A stretch of 64,000 nt of DNA. Source: Schizochytrium sp. TIO01 (taxonomy: Eukaryota; Protista; Bigyra: Labyrinthulomycetes). The notes under the pieces were generated by a model. It saw only the letters and a program-made list of their open reading frames with translations, was not told where the DNA came from and made no database searches. Position 1 is the first letter of the stretch; each line of letters starts with the position of its first letter. The stretch lies in NCBI GenBank assembly GCA_004764695.1, contig SMSO01000034.1:3224001-3288000 (forward strand), written 5' to 3'. Positions 42,400-51,972 of this stretch are shown piece after piece. Position numbers and translations under genes: made by a program.

Positions 42400-43850
42400 G
42401 AAACAAGGTAAAAATGAATCCTGCATACTTTTTATACAAACTGCAAATCTTCCTCGACCAACTTTCATCGAAACAGTACCTTTTCTTTGATTACTCAACC
42501 CTTTCTTCAACTCGACGCTTATCATATTTTAGATGCATAATATCTGTGTAACCTCGAGGTGATTGTCTATTGTAAAACAAGGCACAGTACATTGGCATGT
42601 ACCACTCTTTGAGTTCTTCTACGACACAGCTACCTTTAAAAAGTTAGCACGTGTCATAGATTCACGCCTGTCAATACAACTCTCAACAGAGCAGCCCTGA
42701 TGTCAAACATTTTCAATCCACTGGTGGATCTTCTGAAAGATGATCGTGTGTCTATCTGTCGCACGTAAAGAGTCTCTTTGAATCAGGGACGTGCTGAAGA
42801 ACATTTTTTCATTCGAACCTGATAACCTCCTGAGATAAAATCGGACTTGGAAAATATACGCTATCGGCATCTTACGAAACCACTGGTGAAAGTAGATCAC
42901 GAAACCACCGGCACATCTATAAGAGACATCCGCCTTAATACAAGATGATCTACTGAGAAGGGTAATTCTCATGAATCACATTCAATCAATGGCACTGCCA
43001 TTTACTATGTCAAGAGCAGTCTTGGGTCGGGACATGCGAAGCAGAATCGTGCTAATTTTAAGAAGTGAAGGTGGCCACCTAGTACATGCAGGAGTTATAC
43101 CATATTTATTTGAATGGTCGTGCATCATTTATAATTTCTACGCAGTTGTACAATAACATCCAATCAGGGTACCAGTTTTTGTGTACATGATTGCAATTAT
43201 TAAGTTTTATTTTATATTACGTTTGGTCTCACTGCAGTTTATTTTCTGAAGTTCCGTAACTATTCAAATCCCTCCGTTAACGCATATGCTTACGACGACT
43301 TCTACATATTTTGTCAATAGTATAGAAAATAGAATTTAGAAATTATTAAAAAATACTTTACGTTCTGTATATGTCCCGCATTATGATTGGTAACACATAA
43401 ACAAGAACAAGGCATCTAATAGTACAAATGATCGTTTGAAAATTATGTCCTTCCGACATCAAATTGCATTGGCGAATATTTATAACCATTGGGAACAAGT
43501 TCGTCAAGATTTTTTACGTCGTAGTGCTTATTGATCTTTTCCCAGTATTTGTGTCTTATTGGATCATAATAATTAACTGGAGCGCCATCTTCATAAAGAC
43601 AACAAACCTCTTCATGCTCTTCAATGATAGAAACTTCACAATATTCCGTTGTAGAGCATTTACATTTACAGTCAACCACGGGGAAATATAATTAGCTTGA
43701 GACCAATATTGAAATTCGAATGATAGTAATATTCCTTCATAAGACCCTTGAGTTTTTTGTATCCCCTACCAAAACCTCCGTGCAAGATCTAACCCTGAAT
43801 AACCACTGCATAAACCAACAGTCGTGTAACTAAAGATCTCATGATGCAAG
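42400..43850. pseudogene. AT-rich island with decayed, stop-interrupted coding-like fragments of unknown origin
   Basis: The + frame from 42700 reads MSNIFNPLVDLLKDDRV...IYYVKSSLGSGH through several stops; short - ORF at 43443-43679; very AT-rich flanks. No family recognised. Confidence 0.3.
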
Positions 43851-45337
43851 AGAGATGGGATTGTTGAAAATCAAACACCAAAATTATGCTAGCCAAATTG
43901 GCTACCTTCTATTCACAGGTTAGTTTTAATTTTAATATTAGTCGTCGCTGTCATAGTTTTCGAGCACATTGTTGTTTTGGTAGTGAGTTCTGTTTATAGT
44001 TCGGATAGAAAGACAATAATATTGAATTTTAAAAGTAGCTTTCATACGCGTTGCATAACTTTATCTTAATTTTAAAACCTTACTATTTATATATATAATT
44101 TTTTCTTATTAAAATAATTAATAATTAAATAATTAGGCAGATACTTTTTAATTTAAAAAAGAAAAACTTGAACATGGTGAGAAATGACTTAGATAGACAA
44201 TAATAATTCAGAGGGCAGTCATATTGGCATACCAAGTTGAAGCAAATCCAAGCACGCGTCGCATGAGAAAGCGCCAGTGCGACGTACAATTCAGGTTTAC
44301 TGGTGTTGTGAACTCAACACAGGCCTCACAGAGGAGAGCCTTGGCATACTTAGAACACATGGAGGCAGTGAGGAACGTTCGGTTTTCAAGCAGGCTCAGG
44401 TATCAGCATCTTGAGAATGGCGAAGGATCAACAAAGCAAAGAAATGCGGCAATAGAAACGAGCGACGACGCGACCAGACGCCGTACACAAGTTTGACAAA
44501 GTATTGAACGGGTTGTCACGGCGGCGGCGGGCTTGGGGATAGCCGCGAGGTACGCTCGATGAGGATTCTCGTACTACCAAAGAGAAACGCTCAGTGCAAC
44601 TTGCAATTGTATGCAGCTCAAACGGCCTATCAAGTATAAATAGATCGAGACACTCCGTCAATTTCTTCGAAAGGTCTGCATTCTTTTTTCCTCTGCCCCG
44701 AACCTTCTCCCGTCCTTCTCCCGTCCTTCTCCTTGAGCCGTCTTCGTCTCCGCTTTCAAGCCCACATCCTCGAGTCCAGCGATGGCCAGAACTATAGAAT
44801 CAGCATGCTAAGCCAAGTCTTGGGCCCCTTTGCTCGACCTTCGCGCGACCTCCGCTGCCATACCTAGCGAGCCGCACAAGACGGTCATGAGAGGGTGTAA
44901 TCCACCTTGAGTAGATCCAAATTCAATCGTGAGCAGTGCAGAGTCTTATGGATCTTGCAAGCTGAGCTCTGTGTGGCTGGGCTCTTGAACATGAGACCGT
45001 TGCAAAAAAAGAGAACAGAAAATAAACAGAAGAAACTAAGGAGAAATAAGAAACGAATAGCAATATGAGACAAACCTTCAACCACGACAACCATCGTGAG
45101 AACCTCAACTGCAGGCGCCTTGCTGCGGGCAAGCGGCGGGTGCAAATTGTCCTGGAATAGGTCCTGCTGCGCAGACGGATACTTGGGCTTGAGTGGCAAA
45201 TACGATGTAAGTGCATGAAGTTAACTGGAGACAAAGTTGATGGAAGAGTTTTGCTTTGATACCTGCGACGGCTGCTGTAGTTAGAGGTGAAGATTGATAT
45301 ACGAATATACGAATGGAGAGAGCCCTGAGAACTGACG

Positions 45338-47788
45338 ATGGACTTAAATAGGGGAGCGGCAGAATCTGTTGTGCGCAATGTGGATAAACGCACCGCACGG
45401 CGTGAAAATAGAAAAGCTTTTATAGAAGGAATTGCTCAGTTTCGAGCCCAACACCAACTGCTTCAAGGTGAAAATGCAAATCAAGGACCTGAAGTGAGTT
45501 CTGATGCAGGATCTGCGCAAGATGTTCAAAACGCTGCAAACCATACTAATGATGAAGACCAGATGGTTCGGGTATTCGTGCGGAAACGGCCTATCTTCCC
45601 CCACGAGCTTGAGCAAAAGGAATTCGATGTCATCTCGAGCGATAAAACTCATGGCGAACTCTTTGTGCATGACGCACGTATGGAAGCAGACATGAAAGGA
45701 AGGTTTTTGAATCATCACAAGTTCAGCTTCTCAGAGGTTTTTTCGGAGAATGATGACAGTGATAAGGTCTACGATAATGTCATACAGCCCTTGGTACGTC
45801 TCACGCGCCAAGGGGGCAATGGCACAGCCCTTATGTACGGTCAAACTGGGTCCGGAAAGTCATATACAATGTCGCACATCTACTATCGTTCGGCCTGGGC
45901 ACTCTTTGAAGGATCTGCTACGGAGGATGAGAACGACCGCGGACCTGCAATCCGCAGAGCTTGGGTCTCCTTTGTAGAGCTCACTGGGGACACGTGTGCG
46001 GATGTGCTCAATGGAAACCAGAAACTACAGCTCTTAACTTGCCCTAACGGTGATGTCATCACATTCCCCGCAGTTCAGGTAGAAGTATCTTCACCGCAAG
46101 AGCTCCACGACTGCATCAAGTTTGCTTGTAGTCTGCGTGCAACAGCTGCAACCGGTGTGCATGATCAATCGTCGCGTTCACATGCCCTATGTCGGGTTGA
46201 ACTGGAAGGAGGTAACGCTCTAACAATGGTCGATCTTGCAGGTAGCGAGCATCGAATTGATTCAGCTGACCACGATGCACAACGTCGCAAAGAAAGCGCA
46301 CAAATTAACAGTTCACTCATGAAACTGAAAGAATGCATTCGTGCTCGCGCACGCAATGCAGATTACATTCCATACCGTCAAAGTAAATTGACGCATTTGC
46401 TACGGCCCTCGTTTGTGGAAGACCCAAATACAAAGAGTCGTACGGTGATCATTGCCACAGTTTCCCCATCAAGTAAAGACACTGAACATTCATTAAACAC
46501 ACTTCGACACTCTTGCATTATGGATGGACAAGACCCTCAAGATGGAGAGACTCGCTGGGTTTCTGGTGGCACTACTGTAAGACAAAATCTCCCGCCTGTC
46601 GATGTAACGATGCTTGCTCGTCAGCGTAAGGCTCGCCAGAGTAGGGGTGAAGTCCCTTCTGAGGGTCCGAGCTGGGGCTCGGCCCCCTCTAAGCACCACT
46701 CGCGAGACGGCAGTTTCGACAATGTAGCAAAAGCGGCAAGTCAGAAGAAAGCATTGGCTCTGAAAGAAAGAAAACGTCGTCAGGCGGAAAATGCTGCCCG
46801 AAAAACACTATCAGCTGCTGCACTTGAGAAACTAGAAATTGCGCGCTCTCATTGCGGGTATCGGCAGCGTGAGCGTATGAATCGATTACAATTTGAGGCT
46901 AAAGAGAAGGCACGTTTGGAGATGGAAGCACCACAGAAAACAGATAGTAAATCCTATAAACTACCTAAGATCCCTTCCAACCGGCTAGGAAGTGCATCTA
47001 GTAAGAACAAGCCAACGGCTCCAAGTAGCGGACGAAGCAGGCCAAGCCCGCGCGAGCCTGTGCAAAGTGTAGGTATATTAGCCCCTAATAATGCTAGCAG
47101 GTCAAATGTAGAAATCCGCGTCAGGTCGCCTCCCTTAGATGCGGTTCCCTCATTAGCACAAGTGCAGAGGTCTAGGAAAAGCAAACCTGCTGCAGCGGCA
47201 TCTCCAATTGACCTTGACGCGCTTCGTGCAAAGGTCTGGAATGACCCTAACGTGCCTGATGATCAAAAGGAAGAGTATATTGTGATGCTCATCAAGCAAG
47301 CGCGTGAACGAAGATCAACTACTGGAAACGCAGTTTCTCACAATCCGAAAAGTCAACATAATTCTGCACTGCCTGCGCCCAATACCGCTTCCAACTCCCA
47401 ATCACTTGTTGCCCAGAAGCCTATGAGTAGGCATGAAAAGGTGCAACAAGCACGACTTCGTATGATTGAAAAGGAACAGAGTCTTGCTAGACGCAAGCTT
47501 GATCGTAAGATGGAAGCTCATGCACATGTTGCGACGACTTCAAGCACAGCGTCGGTGAGCAGCAATAATATGGATGAGTTGCGTGCTGAGATAGGTCGTT
47601 TACATTCTCAACTTCAGCAAGAAACCGATCAGGTGACAAAGTTTGCACTGAAACAACAATACAGTCGCACCAAGGCTACATTGATGCGTTTCGAGCGACA
47701 GAAGAAGCAAGCTGTAGCAATGGAATCCCCATCGAGAGCGAGTGCACAACAACCATTGGAGAGTATTTCTCCTCGAACACTAGAATAA
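45338..47788 (+). CDS. Kinesin-13-like motor protein with a near-N-terminal motor and a long C-terminal tail (816 aa)
   Basis: RVFVRKRP, YGQTGSGKSYT (P-loop), SSRSHA (switch I), DLAGSE (switch II), INSSLMKLKECIRA (kinesin-13 KEC), IPYRQSKLT and EHSLNTLRH. Confidence 0.9.
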   Translation: MDLNRGAAESVVRNVDKRTARRENRKAFIEGIAQFRAQHQLLQGENANQGPEVSSDAGSAQDVQNAANHTNDEDQMVRVFVRKRPIFPHELEQKEFDVISSDKTHGELFVHDARMEADMKGRFLNHHKFSFSEVFSENDDSDKVYDNVIQPLVRLTRQGGNGTALMYGQTGSGKSYTMSHIYYRSAWALFEGSATEDENDRGPAIRRAWVSFVELTGDTCADVLNGNQKLQLLTCPNGDVITFPAVQVEVSSPQELHDCIKFACSLRATAATGVHDQSSRSHALCRVELEGGNALTMVDLAGSEHRIDSADHDAQRRKESAQINSSLMKLKECIRARARNADYIPYRQSKLTHLLRPSFVEDPNTKSRTVIIATVSPSSKDTEHSLNTLRHSCIMDGQDPQDGETRWVSGGTTVRQNLPPVDVTMLARQRKARQSRGEVPSEGPSWGSAPSKHHSRDGSFDNVAKAASQKKALALKERKRRQAENAARKTLSAAALEKLEIARSHCGYRQRERMNRLQFEAKEKARLEMEAPQKTDSKSYKLPKIPSNRLGSASSKNKPTAPSSGRSRPSPREPVQSVGILAPNNASRSNVEIRVRSPPLDAVPSLAQVQRSRKSKPAAAASPIDLDALRAKVWNDPNVPDDQKEEYIVMLIKQARERRSTTGNAVSHNPKSQHNSALPAPNTASNSQSLVAQKPMSRHEKVQQARLRMIEKEQSLARRKLDRKMEAHAHVATTSSTASVSSNNMDELRAEIGRLHSQLQQETDQVTKFALKQQYSRTKATLMRFERQKKQAVAMESPSRASAQQPLESISPRTLE

Positions 47789-48147
47789 GAATTATATCAT
47801 AGATTATGATGCGCAGATAAAAGGTGTTGAGTTCCAATTAAATTGCTATGCGTGAATACAGGTTTTTGTTCAACATGTAGATAAAGCTTATCAAATTATA
47901 GTACACGTAAGCATTAAAACCATATTTCATTTCCGAATTGCGTGATTTTTGATCCAGGGTGTTATATTTGGAAGACCAAATTCCATCTGAGTTCAAGGAA
48001 AAGAGGGTTGAGTAAGGCCATATTCAAAGACAGACAATTTATCTTAGACGGGAACTGGAGAAATTATACATAGGCTTCTCAGCCATATAAATGGACAAGT
48101 AATTATTAAAAAAGGAACCAGAAATGAGGTAATACTGACCATCACCA

Positions 48148-51100
48148 TCATTCAAATACAAATTCATCAACAAAGCCTAAGAAACGATCACCGTAACGTT
48201 CAGGATCGACTGCAGAGATTCCATCAGCGTGCTGTGTAAGACCTTTAAAGACACTTTCAAGCTTCTTGGATAGATTGAACTCCTGAAGAATGTCAATGAT
48301 GCCCACGAAAAGTTTCACTGTTTCCCTACGTCCTGTACCATTCGAGATCCGAAGTGCATCAAAACTTTGATGCCACTCCCCACCCAAAGTCTCCCATAGC
48401 GGAAGGCAGGACGGTTTGTTTGGCTCCATAAGCTGACTTAGCTCAGGAGAAGCTGGTGCTGCTGATGAACTAGGCTCTCCTGCTGAAGTTGGTACCAACG
48501 ACTGAGCAGAGGAGTGTGTATTAACAGAGGAAGATAATGCTTGTGGAGCAGTGTTCTGTGTTATTATAGAGCCTCCTGCTCCGCAGGTGCTACTCTTGCT
48601 GAGAGAGGAACCTCTCCGCCCTCCCGTGAGTGAGCTACGTTGCAAAGATCGTGCCTTAAATACAACTGGAGAGGAAATGCGTTGTTGCACAATCCGTTGT
48701 AGACTTTGGTCAGCTTGCCATTTTGGAGGGCATTTGTTGGCTTTGTTGGTTAGGAAATCATGAAGTACGGGGCTGTCAACACGATAATTAACCAAACTCA
48801 AAATACTATCAATCCATTGTACAAGTTCCTGTTCACGACGACGAACAAACTCCGGCTCCATAAAACCAATAAGTTGCTTTCGGGGTAGTGGTGGGAGCCG
48901 CAGTGCAGAGTTAGCACTTTTGAGCTCCTCTTGAAGACCCTTCTGCAGCCTTTCAAAATCCTTGTAACGACGGAAAACGATCCAATGAACTTCACGATTT
49001 TCAATGTCCAAGTCTTCGGATTCCATCGCGATCTCTATCTCATCTCTGGTCATTTCGCGAGAGATCAAGAAGCTGTAAAGTGTACAAGATTGTCGAAAAA
49101 TTGTTGAACTCTCACGAGAACGTTTTGCCTTACCGTGGCCAATAAGCTGGAGCTGAACAGGGGTATCCGGCGGTAATAAACATGCAGTCTCCTGCCTTTG
49201 TAGACGATTTCGGCGCAAGATAGCACCAAGTTCGGATGGTGCTTGTTCTTCTTCGCATGCAAAAGCTTCTACAGAATCTGTCGTCTTACAAGACGAGATA
49301 TCTGAGAAACGAGGTGAGCTCGAGAGAAGGGAAAAGCGGGCTCCTGAAGGCGACTCTAAGCCGGATTTGGGAGTGTCCATAGGGTCTGCATATGCCATAT
49401 TTGCAGTAGGACCAGCTCCCACAAAGGGCGAATCAAGTTTTTCTGCAGATGCCACGCCCAATAGAAAGGAATAATCCATCAGGTTATGTTTTTCAAGCCA
49501 TGCTACATCTCGCTTGAGTTGACTCATCACTAGGCTCTTACGCTTAACACCCAACCCAAAACGACTACGTAGATTGAGGTCTTTTAGAACGAAAGGCTTG
49601 GCGCCTGCCGTAGATGTACCTGTTGAGCCACGGCGAAGGTCAGGACTTGCTGACGAGTAAAAACTAGCTCTTGGAGCATTCGGGGAGGCAAAACCAGTGC
49701 TGGGTCTATTATTACAAGATTTTGGTGTATGAGGATTGGAAATTGATGGCGATGTACCTTCAGCACAGTTGTTCATAAACCCTGTCTCATCAGCTGGATG
49801 CGGCGATGATTCAGATGGTGGGGAGCTATTCGTGCGTTGCAAAGAGGGACGTTGCAAGCCTGGCGTGTAAGCAGTCTCAGTTGAGTTCTTACGAGGCATC
49901 GGTGGCGTTGCTGTGCCAATGTGTTGCTGCATTAAAGGTCTGCTTGGAGATGAGGTAAATCTATTATGAACAGAACCTTTGAGATCATAGACTTCGTTGA
50001 AGAGCAAGCTTGGCTCCTTGTAAGGAAAATCAAGAATGTTGGTCATGATTATAATGGTCAAGCTTTGCGGTAAGACATCAGGAATTGCTTCTAAAGTGTA
50101 GAGGCCAAGAAAACGGGGAAGAAAAGAATGGCGATACGTAGCAATGTGGTCGATCATGCTAGGAAGGATCCGCAAAAGGGTCTCACGCTCCGAACGCCTC
50201 ACTTCTTTTACGATAAGCTTCTGATCGGCACTTTTAAAGAATATTGCACCACTCTTTCCGCCGCCTTCGCCCCCTCCACGAAGTGCTTCTGTGCAGAGAG
50301 ATTTTTGGAAGTCTCCAGCTTCGATGCCCTGATGTTTACGAAAATTACGAAAGACCACAGGACACCAGTCTGTGAGTCGAAACTGTACACTACGACCAGG
50401 CGAAAGTTCAAGGTATGGTTGGTGTTGTACATAATGGCTAAAATCGTCGATTCGCGTACGTCGTTGAGGCTGTAACTTGTCCTGCGTCAGAGCTAGATTG
50501 ATACCATGACTCAAAACACGCCCAAGCAAGGACTCTGGCTGTTGACGCGAGGTCCCGACTTGCCCAGTGGATGCCCGGGTTGAAACACCAGAAGCTCCAG
50601 TAGGTCTTTGGGACAGTTTTGCAGGCATAGAAGAAGCTGATGTTGAGCGAGTTTGACGATTTTGTGCTGCCATGTCTAATGAATGTTGCAAAGAGTCGAT
50701 AAGAGCATCATCAAAAGTTGGTGAGCTTACTAGTTCTGGTGAGCTCATGGGCCGCAATGTCTTTGATAGGAAAATGTCTTCGTCAACGAGTATAGGTGTT
50801 TCGTGATTATTAGCATTGATATCTGCCGCAATCGACTCTTTAGAAGAGCCACCCTCGGTTCTAGGTTTCAATGAAGATTCAGTATTTGTTGCTGGAAAGG
50901 AAAACCTTTGTGCATCGGATTCCAGATTCGGACAGCTGACAAGAGGTTTACACTCCTCACTCTTGCTGCTTTGAACCGTCTCTAGTTGGGCCAGCTGACT
51001 TGTGGTTGCACTCTGGTATGTTTTCGATGACATGCCATGAGCTTTATCATCATATCCACTCTTTTCCTCTTCGCACTCTTGGACATTATTGGATACAATA

Positions 51101-51972
51101 GGCTGTAGGTGCAAAGGTTGAGAAACTGTTGTTGTGGTGTTTCTTCTAACACCTTTTTCTTGTGCAAGTGTTTTATTATCCTCACAATCTTTATGGGACA
51201 GTTGTCGTACTGATTCGAGGTTGGATTGTGTTGTTGCCGCCCGAAGTCTCTGAGATGCTGTGGGTTGCGCAGTTTGCGGACGCTTCCTAGCTATTGATTC
51301 AAAATGTTGAACCCTCGACATAACTGAGCGGGCTCGAGTTGGTGTAATTACTGTCTTTATCTCCGCTTTGCTTGAATTGCTCAAACGAGGACGTTGCGGT
51401 ACTACAGGCTTCTCCAGGGAATTCTCCGACTTACTGCATGTATACTCTGGTAATCTCTGAGCAGCTAGAATGCTATTTTCTGAGTTGGCACCTTCCTCTA
51501 CGTTGATTCTAAGTTTGGGATGTGCATGTTTCTTTTGTTGGTCGAGTTCAGATTGGTTCCAAAGTTCATCCTTACTTTCTTCAGTAGCGCGAGGTTCCTC
51601 TGTGGTTAAATAGGATGGTGCTTCGCTAGGATTGTAACAAACAGATGATGGGCGTTCTCTGGAGGAGGAATTTGCCTGTGTCATAGGTTGAAGACCTGCG
51701 CGTACGAGACGCCGGTCTCGCTCTTCTTGAAGTCTCCGCTTTCTTTCATCAAGTGATTCTGATTTTTGTTGAAGTGATGAGCGCCTCATTATTGAGGAAT
51801 TTGGAGTCGAGCATCGCGATGAGCTAGTGCTCATTTGTGATGCTTGAAGCAGCCTTTCTTCTGCGGCAGCACTCAACACAGGTCCACCAAGTGAGCTCCG
51901 GGCATGCGTCAATAATTCTGAGTGGGAAGCCACCGTGCGGGAGCGTACTGTCCTTTGAGTATGGTCCTCCAT
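48148..51972 (-). CDS. Phosphatidylinositol-phosphate kinase (PIP5K family) with a PX domain inserted in the catalytic core (1274 aa)
   Basis: DWCPVVFRNFR, GKSGAIFFKSADQKLIVK, LPRFLGLY, YDLKGS, LKDLN, MDYSFLLG, GIIDILQEF and ISAVDPERYGDRF. PX motif WIVFRRYKDFERL...LPPLPRK...FVRRREQELVQWIDSIL. Confidence 0.92.
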   Translation of the reverse strand: MEDHTQRTVRSRTVASHSELLTHARSSLGGPVLSAAAEERLLQASQMSTSSSRCSTPNSSIMRRSSLQQKSESLDERKRRLQEERDRRLVRAGLQPMTQANSSSRERPSSVCYNPSEAPSYLTTEEPRATEESKDELWNQSELDQQKKHAHPKLRINVEEGANSENSILAAQRLPEYTCSKSENSLEKPVVPQRPRLSNSSKAEIKTVITPTRARSVMSRVQHFESIARKRPQTAQPTASQRLRAATTQSNLESVRQLSHKDCEDNKTLAQEKGVRRNTTTTVSQPLHLQPIVSNNVQECEEEKSGYDDKAHGMSSKTYQSATTSQLAQLETVQSSKSEECKPLVSCPNLESDAQRFSFPATNTESSLKPRTEGGSSKESIAADINANNHETPILVDEDIFLSKTLRPMSSPELVSSPTFDDALIDSLQHSLDMAAQNRQTRSTSASSMPAKLSQRPTGASGVSTRASTGQVGTSRQQPESLLGRVLSHGINLALTQDKLQPQRRTRIDDFSHYVQHQPYLELSPGRSVQFRLTDWCPVVFRNFRKHQGIEAGDFQKSLCTEALRGGGEGGGKSGAIFFKSADQKLIVKEVRRSERETLLRILPSMIDHIATYRHSFLPRFLGLYTLEAIPDVLPQSLTIIIMTNILDFPYKEPSLLFNEVYDLKGSVHNRFTSSPSRPLMQQHIGTATPPMPRKNSTETAYTPGLQRPSLQRTNSSPPSESSPHPADETGFMNNCAEGTSPSISNPHTPKSCNNRPSTGFASPNAPRASFYSSASPDLRRGSTGTSTAGAKPFVLKDLNLRSRFGLGVKRKSLVMSQLKRDVAWLEKHNLMDYSFLLGVASAEKLDSPFVGAGPTANMAYADPMDTPKSGLESPSGARFSLLSSSPRFSDISSCKTTDSVEAFACEEEQAPSELGAILRRNRLQRQETACLLPPDTPVQLQLIGHGKAKRSRESSTIFRQSCTLYSFLISREMTRDEIEIAMESEDLDIENREVHWIVFRRYKDFERLQKGLQEELKSANSALRLPPLPRKQLIGFMEPEFVRRREQELVQWIDSILSLVNYRVDSPVLHDFLTNKANKCPPKWQADQSLQRIVQQRISSPVVFKARSLQRSSLTGGRRGSSLSKSSTCGAGGSIITQNTAPQALSSSVNTHSSAQSLVPTSAGEPSSSAAPASPELSQLMEPNKPSCLPLWETLGGEWHQSFDALRISNGTGRRETVKLFVGIIDILQEFNLSKKLESVFKGLTQHADGISAVDPERYGDRFLGFVDEFVFE

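Noticed and set aside
45070-45398. Cys-rich minus frame with two TGA codons (GACS*GSHDGCRG*) suggesting a selenoprotein
   Set aside because: No recognisable selenoprotein family, no ATG start and no identifiable SECIS; it also overlaps the kinesin start.
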